Position numbers and translations under genes: made by a program | Source of the DNA: a virus | Taxonomy: Duplodnaviria; Caudoviricetes | Virus record (IMG/VR): IMGVR_UViG_3300022936_000194 | Coordinates: 1 to 34,386 of that record | Strand: one strand, 5' to 3' | DNA: 34,386 nucleotides | Part shown: in pieces, positions 33,880 through 34,386 of the stretch | Position numbering within the stretch: the first letter of the stretch is position 1 | How the letters are laid out: the number at the start of each line of letters is the position of its first letter | Notes under the pieces: model-generated | What the model was told of the DNA's origin: nothing | The model's database searches: none | The model's input: the letters and a program-made list of their open reading frames with translations, nothing else

Positions 33880-34008
33880 ACCTGATGTTTCGAGCATCAG
33901 GTTTTTTTGTGCCTAATAATTTTTTATATTTGCAGCTCTTCTGGTGTAATTTAATTGGTTTATTTTCTACCGAAGAGCTAACCTGGTGCGCAAGCGCCGG
34001 GTTTTTTT
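33880..34008 (+). promoter_or_regulatory. Structured region: terminator-like hairpin, -7 box, long hairpin, second terminator-like hairpin
   Basis: ACCTGATG-TTTCGAG-CATCAGGT plus T-run; TATATTTG 33925-33932; AGCTCTTC/GAAGAGCT; ACCTGGTGC-GCAA-GCGCCGGGT plus T-run. Confidence 0.55.
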
Positions 34009-34089
34009 ATTTTATAACAATTCTCGTAAATTCCTGTAATCCTTTATATTTCCTACTAATTATTTTTGCATTTATAAAACTACTCATAC

Positions 34090-34386
34090 ATGGATCAGGT
34101 TCTTGTTAGCGATTTTAAAGAAAAATGCAAAGTCATTTACAATTTCTACCGCGTACAAATGCTTAAACACACTCCCTATCTGCAGGGTAAGGCTACCGTT
34201 ACTCGTAAAGACTTTATTACATTTTTTAAATACCTCGAAAAGTCTGTAAGCGATATGGACAAACTTGCCGATCCTCTTATTGTGGGCAACCCTGAAATGC
34301 AGGACAGCCTTAATGCTATTATTTACTCTTACGTTACTAAATACAATGCTATTTCTAAAATGCTTAGAAAGCGATTTAAGAAATAG
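34090..34386 (+). CDS. Hypothetical protein
   Basis: 98 aa with a TATTTTTG box at 34061. Confidence 0.6.
   Translation: MDQVLVSDFKEKCKVIYNFYRVQMLKHTPYLQGKATVTRKDFITFFKYLEKSVSDMDKLADPLIVGNPEMQDSLNAIIYSYVTKYNAISKMLRKRFKK

Larger units (their letters stand above)
1..34386. mobile_element. Temperate phage/prophage interior (siphovirus-like, Bacteroidota host); both ends lie outside the window
   Basis: Terminase, portal, S49 protease, capsid, tape measure, tail fibre and lysis cassette, plus a convergent early operon. No host housekeeping genes seen. Confidence 0.95.

Overview
The whole window is the interior of a long-tailed temperate phage or prophage of a Bacteroidota host, probably Flavobacterium-like. 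The host call is inferred from TAnnTTTG -7 promoter boxes and AT-rich start regions without Shine-Dalgarno sequences. Layout: (i) a leftward tail unit with a truncated tape-measure gene, which the ORF track misses (1-2683); (ii) a rightward late region (2913-23931) encoding a putative regulator, S49 protease/scaffold, capsid, tail tube, two orphan DNA methyltransferases, terminase, portal, tail fibre, holin, GH73 endolysin and a unimolecular spanin, with interspersed morons; (iii) a leftward early operon (33845-25361) with a LuxR-HTH protein, a replication-like protein, a ParB-family protein and many small ORFs. No integrase, att site, CRISPR array or reverse transcriptase is visible. Most notable: (1) a 75-aa gene built almost entirely from two segments of this phage's own portal protein in swapped order, a candidate mini-portal mimic; (2) three non-canonical tRNA-like RNAs, each preceded by a purine-loop hairpin, in the early operon; (3) eight copies of a fixed-spacing TGTCCTA-N21-(-7 box) promoter motif; (4) a structured antisense sRNA candidate over the methyltransferase leader. 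Product names come from motif recognition and synteny, not database searches.
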